A DNA stretch of 64,000 bases from an uncultured Actinomycetes bacterium (lineage in GTDB: Bacteria > Actinomycetota > UBA4738 > HRBIN12): assembly GCA_963728735.1 (NCBI GenBank), contig CAVSLX010000019.1, positions 12,613 through 76,612 of the forward strand, in the 5' to 3' direction. The position numbers and the translations under genes were made by a program. Position 1 is the first letter of the stretch; each line of letters begins with the position of its first letter. The notes below the pieces were generated by a model that ran no database searches, was not told the DNA's origin, and worked only from the letters and a program-made list of their open reading frames with translations. This document shows positions 31,580 to 43,309 of this stretch, piece by piece.

Positions 31580-33229
31580 TCAGAGGTGTTCGAGCAGGCC
31601 GCCGAGCCGCTCCAGGAGCCTCGCGTTCTCGGTGTAGTCGACCGGACACGCGATCACCGACACCGCGTCGTCGGCCAGGGCGGTCCGCAGGATGGGCAGG
31701 AGCTCGTCGGCGGACCCGATCTGGTAGCCCTTCGCACCGAAGCTCTCGGCGAACCGCACGAAGTCGGGGTTGCCGAAGCTCACGGCATCGGTGCGCCCGA
31801 GATGCAGCTCCTGCTTCCAGCCGATCAGCCCGTAGCCGCCGTCGACCCACACGAGCACGGTGATGTGCACGCCCTCGCGGACGGCCGTCTCGAGCTCCGC
31901 CGCGCTCATCAGGAAGGCCCCGTCGCCGACCGCGGCGAGGATCCGGCGCTCGGGATGCACGAGCTTCGCGGCGATCGCGCCGGGGAGGGCGAACGCCATC
32001 GTCGCCAGCCCGTTCGAGATCAGGCAGGTGTTGGGGGCGTAGGTGGGATAGAGGCGAGCCATCCACATCTTCGCGACGCCGGTGTCGACGAGCACGATGT
32101 CGTCACGATCCATCGCCTCGCGGACGTCGGCGACGACCCGCTGGGGATGCAGCGGGTACGCATCGTCCCTCGCGCCCTGCATGAGCTCCTCGTCGCGCAG
32201 GTGCGTCGCGGGCATCGTCGGTGGGTCGGCGCCGGTGCGATCGGTGGCGACGGCGATCGCGTCGAGCGACGCGCCGATGTCGCCCACGACCCCGACCGAC
32301 AAGACGTAGTTTGCGTCGACCTCGGCGACGTCGCGATGCACGTGGATCAACCGCTTCGCGCCGTCGGGGTTCCAGCGAACGGGCGCGTACTCGACGAGGT
32401 CGTAGCCGACCGCGACCACCACGTCGGCGCGGTCGAACCCGAAGTTCGCGTAGTCCTTCACCATGAAGCCGATTGTGCCGACGGCGAGCTCGTGATCGTC
32501 GGGGAACACGCCCTTGCCGAGGAACGTCGTCACGACCGGGATCCGCAGCCGCTCGGCGAATCGGATCAGCGCGTCGGTGGCGCGGTCCCGCTGCACCCCG
32601 GGCCCGGCCAGCACGATCGGGCGCTTGGCATCCGACAGGAGCTCGGCCGCTCTGCGCACCTGGACCTCGGCGGGCGCCGGGTCGACCGGCACGTTCACCG
32701 GAAGCGGCGACAGATCGACCTCGCGCTCGGCGACGTCCTCGGGAAGGATCAAGAAGGTCGCGCCGGGACGTTCCGTCGCCGCGGTCTTGAAGGCCTTGCG
32801 CACCATCTCGGGGACCGCGGCGGCGACCGTGATCATGTCACCCCACTTCGCGACCGGGCGGAACATCCGCACGAGGTCGACGGCCTGGTGGGACTCCTTC
32901 GATATGCGAGCGAGCGGTGCCTGCGCCGTGATCGCGACGAGGGGATGCGAGTCGAGCTGCGCGTTGGCCACGCCGAGCAAGAGGTTGATCGCGCCCGGTC
33001 CCAGCGTCGCCAGGCACACACCGGGACGCCCCGTAAGCGCGCCGTACGTGTCGGCCATGAACGCCGCACCGCGCTCGTCGCGGGTGGTCACGAACCGGAT
33101 CGACGAACCCGCGAGCGCGTCGATCATCTGGAGGTTCTCCTCGCCCGGAAGCCCGAAGACGTACTCGACGCCCTCGTTCTCGAGGCACTCGACGAGGAGC
33201 TGCGCGACGATCGTGGGTCTGGGGCTCAC
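31580..33229 (-). CDS. thiamine-pyrophosphate enzyme of the acetolactate synthase large-subunit family
   Basis: VEYVFGLPGEE, RDERGAAFMADTY, TPP motif GDGAFLM...VLVWVDGGYG. Confidence 0.85.
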   Translation of the reverse strand: MSPRPTIVAQLLVECLENEGVEYVFGLPGEENLQMIDALAGSSIRFVTTRDERGAAFMADTYGALTGRPGVCLATLGPGAINLLLGVANAQLDSHPLVAITAQAPLARISKESHQAVDLVRMFRPVAKWGDMITVAAAVPEMVRKAFKTAATERPGATFLILPEDVAEREVDLSPLPVNVPVDPAPAEVQVRRAAELLSDAKRPIVLAGPGVQRDRATDALIRFAERLRIPVVTTFLGKGVFPDDHELAVGTIGFMVKDYANFGFDRADVVVAVGYDLVEYAPVRWNPDGAKRLIHVHRDVAEVDANYVLSVGVVGDIGASLDAIAVATDRTGADPPTMPATHLRDEELMQGARDDAYPLHPQRVVADVREAMDRDDIVLVDTGVAKMWMARLYPTYAPNTCLISNGLATMAFALPGAIAAKLVHPERRILAAVGDGAFLMSAAELETAVREGVHITVLVWVDGGYGLIGWKQELHLGRTDAVSFGNPDFVRFAESFGAKGYQIGSADELLPILRTALADDAVSVIACPVDYTENARLLERLGGLLEHL

Positions 33230-33717
33230 CCCGACAGCGTATCCGGGCGCGAGTCGAGGACCTGGCGCGTGAGCTGAGCGTGGCCGACGTGCTCCTGCAG
33301 GTGCTCCAGCGCGTGCAGCAGCGCCCAGGCCGACGTGACTCGGTCGGGATCGCCCGCGCTACCCGGCCGATGCGTGACGCGCGACGCCCCGGGCTCGAAC
33401 GGCGCCTCGGAAGCCAGCAACGCGCGGCAGTCCTGACGCATCGCATCGACGAAGCCGAGCAGCTCCTCCGCGCTGCTCGCCGTGACGCGGAACTCCGAGG
33501 GCCGGTCCCGTATGGGGAGCGGGGCGCCGGTGGCGACCGCGAACCACGACCGCGTGCTGTGCATCGCGTGGGTCGCGAGGACCGCGATCGTATTCGTCTC
33601 CTCGCCCGCGGGACGAGCGTTCAGGGTGTCGGCAGGGGCGCCCTCGATCGCCTGCCGCAAGCCGGCGACGGCACCGTCGAAGATCTCGCCCGCCGCCTCG
33701 AAGACCGGATCCGCCAC
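33226..33717 (-). CDS. DinB-family (four-helix-bundle) protein
   Basis: Conserved His positions (LATHAMHS, LLHALEHLQEHVGH). 4-nt overlap with the downstream gene. Confidence 0.7.
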   Translation of the reverse strand: MADPVFEAAGEIFDGAVAGLRQAIEGAPADTLNARPAGEETNTIAVLATHAMHSTRSWFAVATGAPLPIRDRPSEFRVTASSAEELLGFVDAMRQDCRALLASEAPFEPGASRVTHRPGSAGDPDRVTSAWALLHALEHLQEHVGHAQLTRQVLDSRPDTLSG

Positions 33718-33728
33718 GCGCCGGGCGC

Positions 33729-34418
33729 CTAGCTGATCTCGATCATCTTCTCGCGCACGGCGTAGACGACCGCCTCCATGCGCGAATGCAGGTGCAGCTT
33801 CTCGAGGATGTTGCGGATGTGGTTCTTCACCGTGTTCTCGGAGATGAACAGCTGCTTGGCGATGTCGCGGTTGTTGAGACCCTGAGCGACGAGGCGCAGC
33901 ACCTCCATCTCGCGGTCGGTGAGGCGTGGCGAGGGCATCTGCGGCCGCTCGTCCGACGCCTTCGACATCGCGGCGAACTCGTTCAAGAGCTTCGACGCCA
34001 TCGAGGGACTGATGCGGGATTGGCCCGCCGAGACCGTCCGGATCGCGTCGGCGACCTCTTCGATCGGGATCTCCTTCAGCAGGTAGCCGCTCGCGCCCGC
34101 CTTGATCGCGTCGTAGAGGTCGCCCTCTTCGTCGCTGATCGTCAGCATCAAGATCTTGACGTGCGGCAGGATCTCCTTGATCTGGGCGGTGGCCTCGATC
34201 CCGGAGCGCTTGGGCATGCGGACGTCCATCAAGACGATGTCGGGCATGACCTCTTGGGCCCGATCGATCGCCTCCTGCCCGTCGGAAGCCTCCCCCACGA
34301 GCTCGATATCGGGCTCCTGGGAAAGGACCATCTCGAGCCCCCGGCGGAACAACGCGTGATCGTCGACGACCATCACGCGCAGCTTCTCGCCGGACCCGCC
34401 GCTCGCCTTCTCGGTCAC
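33729..34418 (-). CDS. NarL/LuxR-family response regulator (orphan)
   Basis: Receiver VMVVDDHALFR...VLMDVRMP...LMLT and HTH LTDREMEVLRLVAQGLNNRDIAKQLFISENTVKNH. GTG at 34418 follows AAAGGAG. Confidence 0.9.
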   Translation of the reverse strand: MTEKASGGSGEKLRVMVVDDHALFRRGLEMVLSQEPDIELVGEASDGQEAIDRAQEVMPDIVLMDVRMPKRSGIEATAQIKEILPHVKILMLTISDEEGDLYDAIKAGASGYLLKEIPIEEVADAIRTVSAGQSRISPSMASKLLNEFAAMSKASDERPQMPSPRLTDREMEVLRLVAQGLNNRDIAKQLFISENTVKNHIRNILEKLHLHSRMEAVVYAVREKMIEIS

Positions 34419-34435
34419 GAACCGCTCCTTTACGA

Positions 34436-34777
34436 CTAGTCCCCGGGGGCTACGGCGGATTCTAGTCCACCTCGGTGGATGGAGTTCCGCCTCTTGCCGT
34501 GATGGTCGCGCACCTGACGTTCGAGCTTCTCGGCCACCTTGTCGAGCGCGCTCGGCACGTCGGGGGCCTCCGCCGACGCGCGGAAGGTCTTCCGCGGGAT
34601 ACGCAGGGCCGCCTCCACGCGTTTCATGCCGGGTTTCGGACGGTGCTCCGAGATGAACTCGAGATCGAGACCGACCGTACGCGGCTCGAGCCGCTCGAGG
34701 CGCGAGAGCTTGTGCTCGGCCGACGCCTTGATCTCGTCGGTGATCCGCAACCCGCGCGCCGTGTACCTGAGGTCCAT
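34436..34777 (-). CDS. hpf: ribosome hibernation promoting factor / RaiA family (short form, 113 aa)
   Basis: ITDEIKASAEHKLSRLERL...ALDKVAEKLERQVRDHHGKRR. Confidence 0.85.
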   Translation of the reverse strand: MDLRYTARGLRITDEIKASAEHKLSRLERLEPRTVGLDLEFISEHRPKPGMKRVEAALRIPRKTFRASAEAPDVPSALDKVAEKLERQVRDHHGKRRNSIHRGGLESAVAPGD

Positions 34778-35009
34778 GTGTCCTCGTTCCCTCACCGTTC
34801 GCCGCCGGGATGGGCCCTCGGCCGGCTGACCTGGTCTTTGCCCCCACACCCGCCTGCGGGAGTGCTCGCCGGACGCCTCGAACGGCGGCCGACTCCCACC
34901 CTCTCCCGCGACGGTCGCCCGCACGGGGCAGGACTTACATCTAAACCGCGCCATGCTCAGCGACCAACGGTCGCCTTACGTGGGTCGTTTCGCCCGCGGC
35001 TGGCGTCGA

Positions 35010-35762
35010 CTACCGGGGAGTGTCCCCGGGCAACCACAGACCCGGACGAGGGCCCGTCCGAGGATAGGCGGGGTGCCGCGACCCGTGCAACGCGGCGCGC
35101 CGCAGCGATCGCGCGGCGACCGCCCCGTGCACCTCGCGCGCGCCGGCGGCGACGAGCGCGTCGGCGCACGCGGCCATCGTCGCGCCGGTCGTCAGGACGT
35201 CGTCGACGAGGAGCACCCGGCCCGTCACGGGCCGAGGCGCCTCGAACGCGCCCCGCATGGCCCGGCGTCGTTCGTCGCCGATCCGGCGCGCCTGCGGCGT
35301 CGTGCTGATCGTGACGCTTCGCCATGGCGACGCGCGGGCAGGCCGAGCTCGAGCGCGATCGCTTCGGCCAGCGCTGCGCGCTTGGTCGTAGCCGCGCTCG
35401 GCGAGCCGGCGCCGCGCGAGCGGCACCCAGGTGACGGCGTCGACGAGCGGCAGATCGAGGGTGACGATCGCACAGGCCAGCGCCGGCGCGACGTCGCGCC
35501 AGCCCGAGAACTTCAGGCGGCGGATCGACGGCCTTCATAGGCCCGAGGTAGGCGAACGGCGCGCGAGCGCTGCCGATCGGCGCCGGCGGACATTCGGGGC
35601 ACGCCGTGACCGGCTCGGGCCACGGATGCCCGCAGCGTTCGCACCACGGTGGCTCGAGCGGCGCGAGCTCGTGTACGGCACCGCGCGACAGAACGGCCAC
35701 GCCCCGTCGCCGCATCCGGCGCACCGGCGCGGGAAGACGACCTCGAGTGCCCGATGCAGCAC
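35010..35762 (-). pseudogene. comF: ComF-family phosphoribosyltransferase, several frame switches
   Basis: N-terminus FPRRCAGCGDGAWPFCRA, WCERCGHPWPEPVTACPEC, PRTase motif VLLVDDVLTTGATMAACADAL, spread across three frames. Confidence 0.7.
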
Positions 35763-35816
35763 CGGGCGACGCTACGCCCCGGGTACGACATGCCCAGCGC
35801 GAAAACCGGTCCGGAT

Positions 35817-37683
<1,867 letters not shown>

Positions 37684-37691
<8 letters not shown>

Positions 37692-38594
37692 GGGTAGCTC
37701 CTTCTGGCGATGGATCGATCGGTGGCGTCGGGGCGACCGCGGACGTGGGGCCGGCAGCGGGAGGCGTGGGAACAGATCCACGAGGAGCCTCCCGACGGCC
37801 TTCGCGGTCGTCGTTCGACACCCGCACGACCTCCTCGTGGGACACCTCCTCGCCGAACGCGTTCGTCACGGAGCACAGCGCCAGCACGCGCATGCCGAGC
37901 GCCCGTGCCGGCAGCACCTCGGGGACCATCGACATGCCGACGACCGTCGCGCCGATCTCGCGCAGGAAGCCGACCTCGCGCGGGCGTCTCGTAGGCCGGG
38001 CCCTGCATCGCGGCGTAGACGCCTTCGACGGCGCGCACGCCGATCTCGCGCGCCTCCTCGAGCGCGAGGCGCCGGAGCTCGGGATCGTAGGCGCCCTGCA
38101 TCGGGATGAACGCCGGCGTGCCGTCGGGGAAGCTCGCCAGCCGCGCAGGGGCGACTCTCCCATCAGGTTGACGTGATCGCGCAGGACCACGACCGTGCCC
38201 GGCCGCGAGGCTCTCGAGCAGCCCGCCGACCGCGGCGGTGACCACCATCGTGCCGCGCCCCGAGCTCGCGGGCCAGCCGCGGGAGCAGCGCCGGCACGTC
38301 CATGCCGTGGCCCTCGTAGAAGTGGACGCGTCCGCTGAACGCCGCGACCGGCACGCCGGCGAGCGTTCCGAGCACGAGCCGTCCGGCGTGGCCCGGCACG
38401 CCCGACGGTGGGAACCCCGGAAGGTCGGTGAACGCGAAGGACGCGTCCTCGGCGAGGCGCGTCGCCGAGCGCCGGCCCGAGGCCCGAGCCGAGCACGATG
38501 CCGATCCGCGGCTCGAGCTCGTCGCGCGACCGGACGACCGCGGCGGCCTGCGCGCGGCCAGGTCGTCGCCGGGGCCGGGGAGGCCCGCGGTCAC
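37684..38594 (-). pseudogene. purine nucleoside phosphorylase (PunA/MTAP family), several frame switches
   Basis: IGIVLGSGLG, GVPGHAGRLVLGTLAGVPVAAFSGRVHFYEG, MQGPAYETPA, VGMSMVPEV, LCSVTNAFGEE across three frames. Confidence 0.8.
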
Positions 38595-38616
38595 GACGAC
38601 CCCGCCAGCGCGGCCT

Positions 38617-39668
38617 TCAGCTCCGAACGATCGCGTCGATCGGGCTCGGGTCCACCCCGCGGGCGAGGCCCGCGTACGTCGAGGCGAAGTCGCCGAGCAG
38701 GACCACGAGCGAGAACAGCCGAGCGAGCGCCGCACGTGCCGCTGGCCGTGACCTCCACGCGTCTCGGCGCCCGCGCGGCGCGCGATCTCGAGCGAGAGCG
38801 GGAACCGCGCGGCCACGTCCGGATGCTCGTCGTCGTGCCGCAGCGCGACGATCGGCGAACCAGCGCCCCGTTCCTCGGCCCACCCGACGACCTCGTTGTG
38901 ATCGAGCTCGGGCAGCGCAGACGAGAACGCCGGAAGCTTCGCGTTCTCGTTCCACTGGGTCCGCCACCGGTTCGCGGCCATCGCGGCGAACCCGTCGGCG
39001 CCCCAGATCACCGGGGCCGGATCGCCGAGCGCCTGCGCGATCGTCTTCGCGGCGTTCGGTCCGCGTCGGCTGATCCGGGACCGAGCTCCGCGACGAGCCG
39101 CTCCATCTCGGCGACGGCCTCGTCGACGTCGGCGCGCGAGCCGCGGCAGCAGGCCCGCGGCCTCGAGCGCTCCGAGCACGCCGAACGCGAGATGACCGAG
39201 CGCCGCCCGCGGCATCAGCCCGCCGGTGCCGGTACGATCGGCACGCCGGCCGCCTCGGCGCTCGTGCGGCCGAGCTCGCCGCCGGAGGTGAGCGCGATCG
39301 CACGGCATCCGCGTGCGAGCGCCTCGTCGAAGGCCGCGAGCGTCTCGCTCGTGTCTGCCCGAGTAGGACGACCGACGACGAGCGTCGACGGACCGCAGAA
39401 GGCCGGCAGCTCCGGGGCGCGGTTCACCTCGACCGGCACGCCGAGCCGCGCTCGGAAGAGGCTCCGGACCACGTCGCCCGCCACCGCCGACCCGCCCATC
39501 CCGCAGTACGTCACCGCCGCGATCCCGTCGAGCGACGGGAGCGGCGACGCGGCGCGCGCCGTCGTCGTAGGCCGCGCGCGCACTGCGCCGGGAGACGCCA
39601 CGATCGCCCAGCATGCCGCCGGCGTCGAGGGCGCGCGAGGGCCGCGACGTCGTCGAGGTCGCGGTCAC
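38617..39668 (-). pseudogene. SIS-domain bifunctional phosphoglucose/phosphomannose isomerase-like protein, several frame switches
   Basis: TYCGMGGSAVAGDVV, RWRTQWNENAKLPAFSSALPELDHNEVVGW, LLGDFASTYAGLARGVDPSPIDAI. The GTG start overlaps the upstream stop (GTGA). Confidence 0.7.
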
Positions 39669-39927
39669 GTCTTGTTGCTCCCCGGCTTCCGGCCCGTGGC
39701 TGTTCGCTTCGGGTTCTGTCCGGGGCCGGTTCTGGTCCGGTTTCTGGTCCGGCTTCTGTCCGGCTTCTGGGCCTCGTCGATCAGCATCACCGGGATGCCG
39801 TCGCGGACCGGGTAGCGATAGCCGCAGCGTCCGGCAGACGATCACCTGCTCGTCCTCGAGGTAGTCGATCTCGCCGCGGTCGTTCGGGCACACGAGGATC
39901 GTCGAGCAGCTCCGCGTCGAGGCTCAT
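39665..39927 (-). pseudogene. Trm112-family small protein, two frame switches
   Basis: MSLDAELLD.ILVCPNDRGEIDYLEDEQVIVC...RYPVRDGIPVMLIDEA, reconstructed across frames. ATG follows GAAGGAGG. Confidence 0.65.
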
Positions 39928-39950
39928 GCCTTGCCTCCTTCGGCTCCGGA

Positions 39951-41293
39951 TCACGCCGAGCACGAGCGTCCGTCTTCTCGGCGAGCAGCTCGGCGGTCGT
40001 GGCCTCGGCGTTCAGCCGCAGGAGCGGCTCGGTGTTCGACGGCCGCACGTTGCACCACCAGTCGTCGAACTCTACCGTCAGCCCGTCGAGTCGGTCCTGC
40101 CGTCCGTCCGACGAGCGCCGCCGCGACCTTCTCGATCGCCGCCGCCGGATCATCCGACCTTCGAGTTGATCTCCCCGGACGCCGGAGTACTTCCGGAAGC
40201 GGCGCGAGCATCTCCGAGAGCGGCGCATCCGAGGCGGAGAGCTCTCCCAGCGCCATCACGGCGGCGATCAGACCCGCAGTCGGCACGGTAGTTGTCGCGG
40301 AAGTAGTAGTGCCCGGAGTGCTCGCCGCCGAAGATCGCCCCGGTCTCGGCCATCACCTGCTTGATGAACGAGTGCCCGACCCGCGTCCGGATCGGCTCGC
40401 CACCCTCGGCACGGATCGTCTCGGGCACGATCCAGGAGCAGATCAGGTTGTGCACGATCTTCGCGCCCGGCTCGCGGCGCAGCATCGCGCGAGCGACGAG
40501 CGCCGTGAGCACCGAACCGCTCACGTCGTCGGCCTTCTCGTCGACGAGGAAGACGCGGTCCGCATCGCCGTCGAATGCGAGGCCGACGTCGGCCCGGTGC
40601 TCGAGGACCGACACCTTGAGGTCCTTCTGGTTCTCGGGGTCGATCGGGTCGGCGGGGTGGTTCGGGAAGGTGCCGTCGAGCTCGGCGTAGAGATGGATGC
40701 AGCGTGACCGGCAGCCGCGCCATGACCGCCGGCACCACGAGTCCGCCCATCCCGTTGGCGGTGTCGGCGACGATCGTGAGCGGACGCAACGCCGCGACGT
40801 CCACGAACCGCAGCACGTGCTCGACGTAGGCATCGAGCAGGTCGACGCTGCTCGATGCGACCCGCGCGCGACCGCCGCGGAGCCTCGCCGCCGCGTTCGA
40901 CGATCGCGCTGACGTCGCGCAGGCCGGTGTCCTCGCCGACGGGCTTCGCCCCGGAGATGCAGAACTTCAGCCCGTTGTATTGCTTCGGGTTGTGGCTCGC
41001 GGTGAGCATGATGCCGGGGACGTCGAGCGAGCCCGAGGCGAAATAGAGCAGGTCGGTGGACGCGAGCCCGAGGTCGGCGACGTCGCTGCCGCGGGAGATG
41101 ATGCCTTCAGCGAGCGCCGCGGCGAGCTCGGGCGAGGACAGACGCGACAGTCGCGCCCGATCAGGATCCGCGGCGGCCCGACCACTCGACGAACGCGGCG
41201 CCGATCCGCCGGGCGAGGTCGGCATCGAGCTCGTCGGGGACGACGCCGCGGACGTCGTAGGCCTTGAAGATGCGATCGAGCACGGGCGACCAT
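39951..41293 (-). pseudogene. phosphomannomutase/phosphoglucomutase, many frame switches
   Basis: IFKAYDVRGVVPDELD, active-site GIMLTASHNPKQYNGLKF, GLAFDGDADRVFLVDE, GGEHSGHYYFRDN, VRPSNTEPLLRLNAEA. Confidence 0.8.
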
Positions 41294-41397
41294 CGACCCG
41301 GCGTCGTGCCACCGGCGCCGGGGCATCCTCGGGACGAGGGCAGTGAACCCCGGTCAGCCGGCGACGGCGAGTTCTGCACGAGCTACTTCTGCGCGAG

Positions 41398-41597
41398 CTA
41401 CTTCTGGACGACCAGGTCGATGACCGAGGAGAGCGGAACGAGCTCGCCCTCGCGGAACCACCACTTCGCCTCGCAGAGGTGGCACGTGCTGAACATGAGG
41501 TCGCGCCCACTGACGGCCATCGAGATCGAGATCAGGTCGCCCTGGCGGCAGCTGGGGCAGGGACCGTGAGGAGCGGCGTCGGGGGTTGTTGTCTCAT
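41398..41597 (-). pseudogene. small zinc-ribbon protein candidate (CPSC...CHLC), possible one-base frame problem right after the ATG
   Basis: ORF 41398..41700(-) C-terminal part HGPCPSCRQGDLISISMAVSGRDLMFSTCHLCEAKWWFREGELVPLSSVIDLVVQK. The ATG at 41597 is out of frame by one base across a C5 run. Confidence 0.3.
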
Positions 41598-41755
41598 GCA
41601 GCGTAGCGTCGGCGCCGGACCGTCTCCGGGAACATGGCGACTCTGGGCCCATTTTCCCTGGCCGCGGTCGCGGCACCGCCCGACTCGGCCGGGGACGCAT
41701 GCGCCGCCGGGGCCGGGGGACCGTCGAACCCGCCGAAGGTCGGGGGCCGCCGAGG

Positions 41756-41980
41756 TCAGACCGCGAGGGACCCGGCCACGGCCGCGGTGGTCCGCTCGTC
41801 GCGAAGCTGCCAGCCCACGGGCGGCGTCATCCGCCCGGCATGGTCGCGACACAGGTCGAGGAGGTTGGGGTCCCGTTCGGGGAGGAGGTCGGCGAGCACG
41901 ACCTGCCGTCGAGCGGCGTAGGCGAGGGACACCGTCACGACCGGCTCGGCGCCGCACCGCATCTTCGCGCAGATCCGCAT
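41756..41980 (-). CDS. DUF3499-family protein
   Basis: MRICAKMRCGAEPVVTVSLAYA...DLCRDHAGRMTPPVGWQLRDER, in the usual position next to the phosphomannomutase gene in actinobacteria. Confidence 0.7.
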   Translation of the reverse strand: MRICAKMRCGAEPVVTVSLAYAARRQVVLADLLPERDPNLLDLCRDHAGRMTPPVGWQLRDERTTAAVAGSLAV

Positions 41981-41987
41981 GGCGGGG

Positions 41988-42016
41988 AGCGTAGATCACA
42001 CGCGTGTGATTTCCAA
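41988..42016 (-). promoter_or_regulatory. candidate leaderless promoter TTGGAA-N17-TACGCT, with palindrome ATCACACGCGTGTGAT filling the spacer
   Basis: The -10 box ends 7 nt before the ATG at 41980 and no SD is present. Palindrome at 41995-42010. Confidence 0.4.
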
Positions 42017-42054
42017 GCACCGAGCCCGGGGCGGTCGCGGGCCCCTCGGGTGGC

Positions 42055-43192
42055 TCAGATGTCGAACTGGGCCGGGGTATCGCCCTCCATGGGCCCCGGC
42101 CGGGCGATGGCCCGACGATCACGACGGTCCGCGCCGACGTCGATCATCTCGAACAGGCTCCTCGACCTCTTCGTTCCGCATGCGGATGCACCCGTGGGAG
42201 GCGAACCGGCCGATCGATTCGGGAGCCGGCGTCCCATGGATCCGGATCAGGCCGGGAGCGTCGATGTAGATCGCGCGCGTTCCCATCGGCGCGCTCGGCC
42301 CACCCGGAACGACCGCCGGAAGCCCCGCGCCCCAGCTGTCGAGCGCCGGGTTGTACCAGGTCGGGTTCACGCGCTTGTCCCAGATCTCCCAGACGCCGGT
42401 CGGCGTGACCCATCCCGGCTTCGCCGTCGCCACGCTCCACGTCTGGATCACGTCGAAGCCCTCGTACAGCTCGAGCATGTTGCGATCGACGCGCACGACG
42501 ATCGTGCGGCCGAGCTCGTCGCGTCGGGATCTTCGGCTGGAGCCGAACCGTCTCGAGCTGGACGTGTTCGCGGTCCCCGGCGTCGAGCGCGGCGCGGATC
42601 GTGGCCGCGGCCTCGTCGACCGGCAGCTTGCGGCCGGGCGCCGAGCGTTGGAACGTGATGTCGTTCGCGTCCTGGCGTGATGCCGATCGAGGCGTTCGTC
42701 CACGGCTCGAACACCTCGTCGGCGATCCGCGAGCGAGCAGGTCGACCGCTCGCCTGCCGGTCGTGAGGTAGGTCGATGTCGACGGGAGTCGACCGGCTCG
42801 TCGTTCACGCGGTGCCAGAACCGGTCGAGGGTGCCGAGCGTGCCGTTCAGCTCGAGCGCTTCCTCGCACCGCGGCGCCCACGGTCGCCTCGTCGGCCGAG
42901 GTCGGCCGGTGACACCTCGATCGTCCGGCCGGCGACCTCGACGGTGAGCGGCTCGGAGAGTCGGTCGTCGGCCGCCGCGCGGACGGCGCGCGTCGCCTCG
43001 CGCCTGGTCATGCCACCGACGTCGACGCCGGCGATGCGCACGCCGGGAAGGATCATCCGCCGTCTTCGCCCGTTCGTACCGGTACGCGCCGTACGCGCCA
43101 CCGCCGGCGACGAGCAAGGCGAGCGAGGCCACCGTCGCGACGACGGCGACCACACCGAACCGACGGCTCCGTGCGTGACGTCCTCTGGCCAT
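42055..43192 (-). pseudogene. L,D-transpeptidase (YkuD domain) with N-terminal membrane anchor, several frame switches
   Basis: MARGRHARSRRFGVVAVVATVASLALLVAGG anchor and catalytic IRIHGTPAPESIGRFASHGCIRMRNEEVEE. The 3' end is ambiguous (42055 or 42119). Confidence 0.7.
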
Positions 43193-43309
43193 GGGATCCA
43201 CCGAGGGGCCCCCGGGAAGGTGGGGGTGACGGCGGCATGATACCGCGGCCGAACCCGCTGCGCCCGTACGCAAACGGACGTCGCGCGGGCGGCCGAAGGC
43301 GTTCGGGGG

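Noticed and set aside
39700-39780. 12-nt periodic repeat (ggtccggtttct / ggtccggcttct)
   Set aside because: It encodes the basic low-complexity tail of the Trm112-like protein. The tail's stop overlaps the next gene's GTG, so it is coding rather than regulatory.
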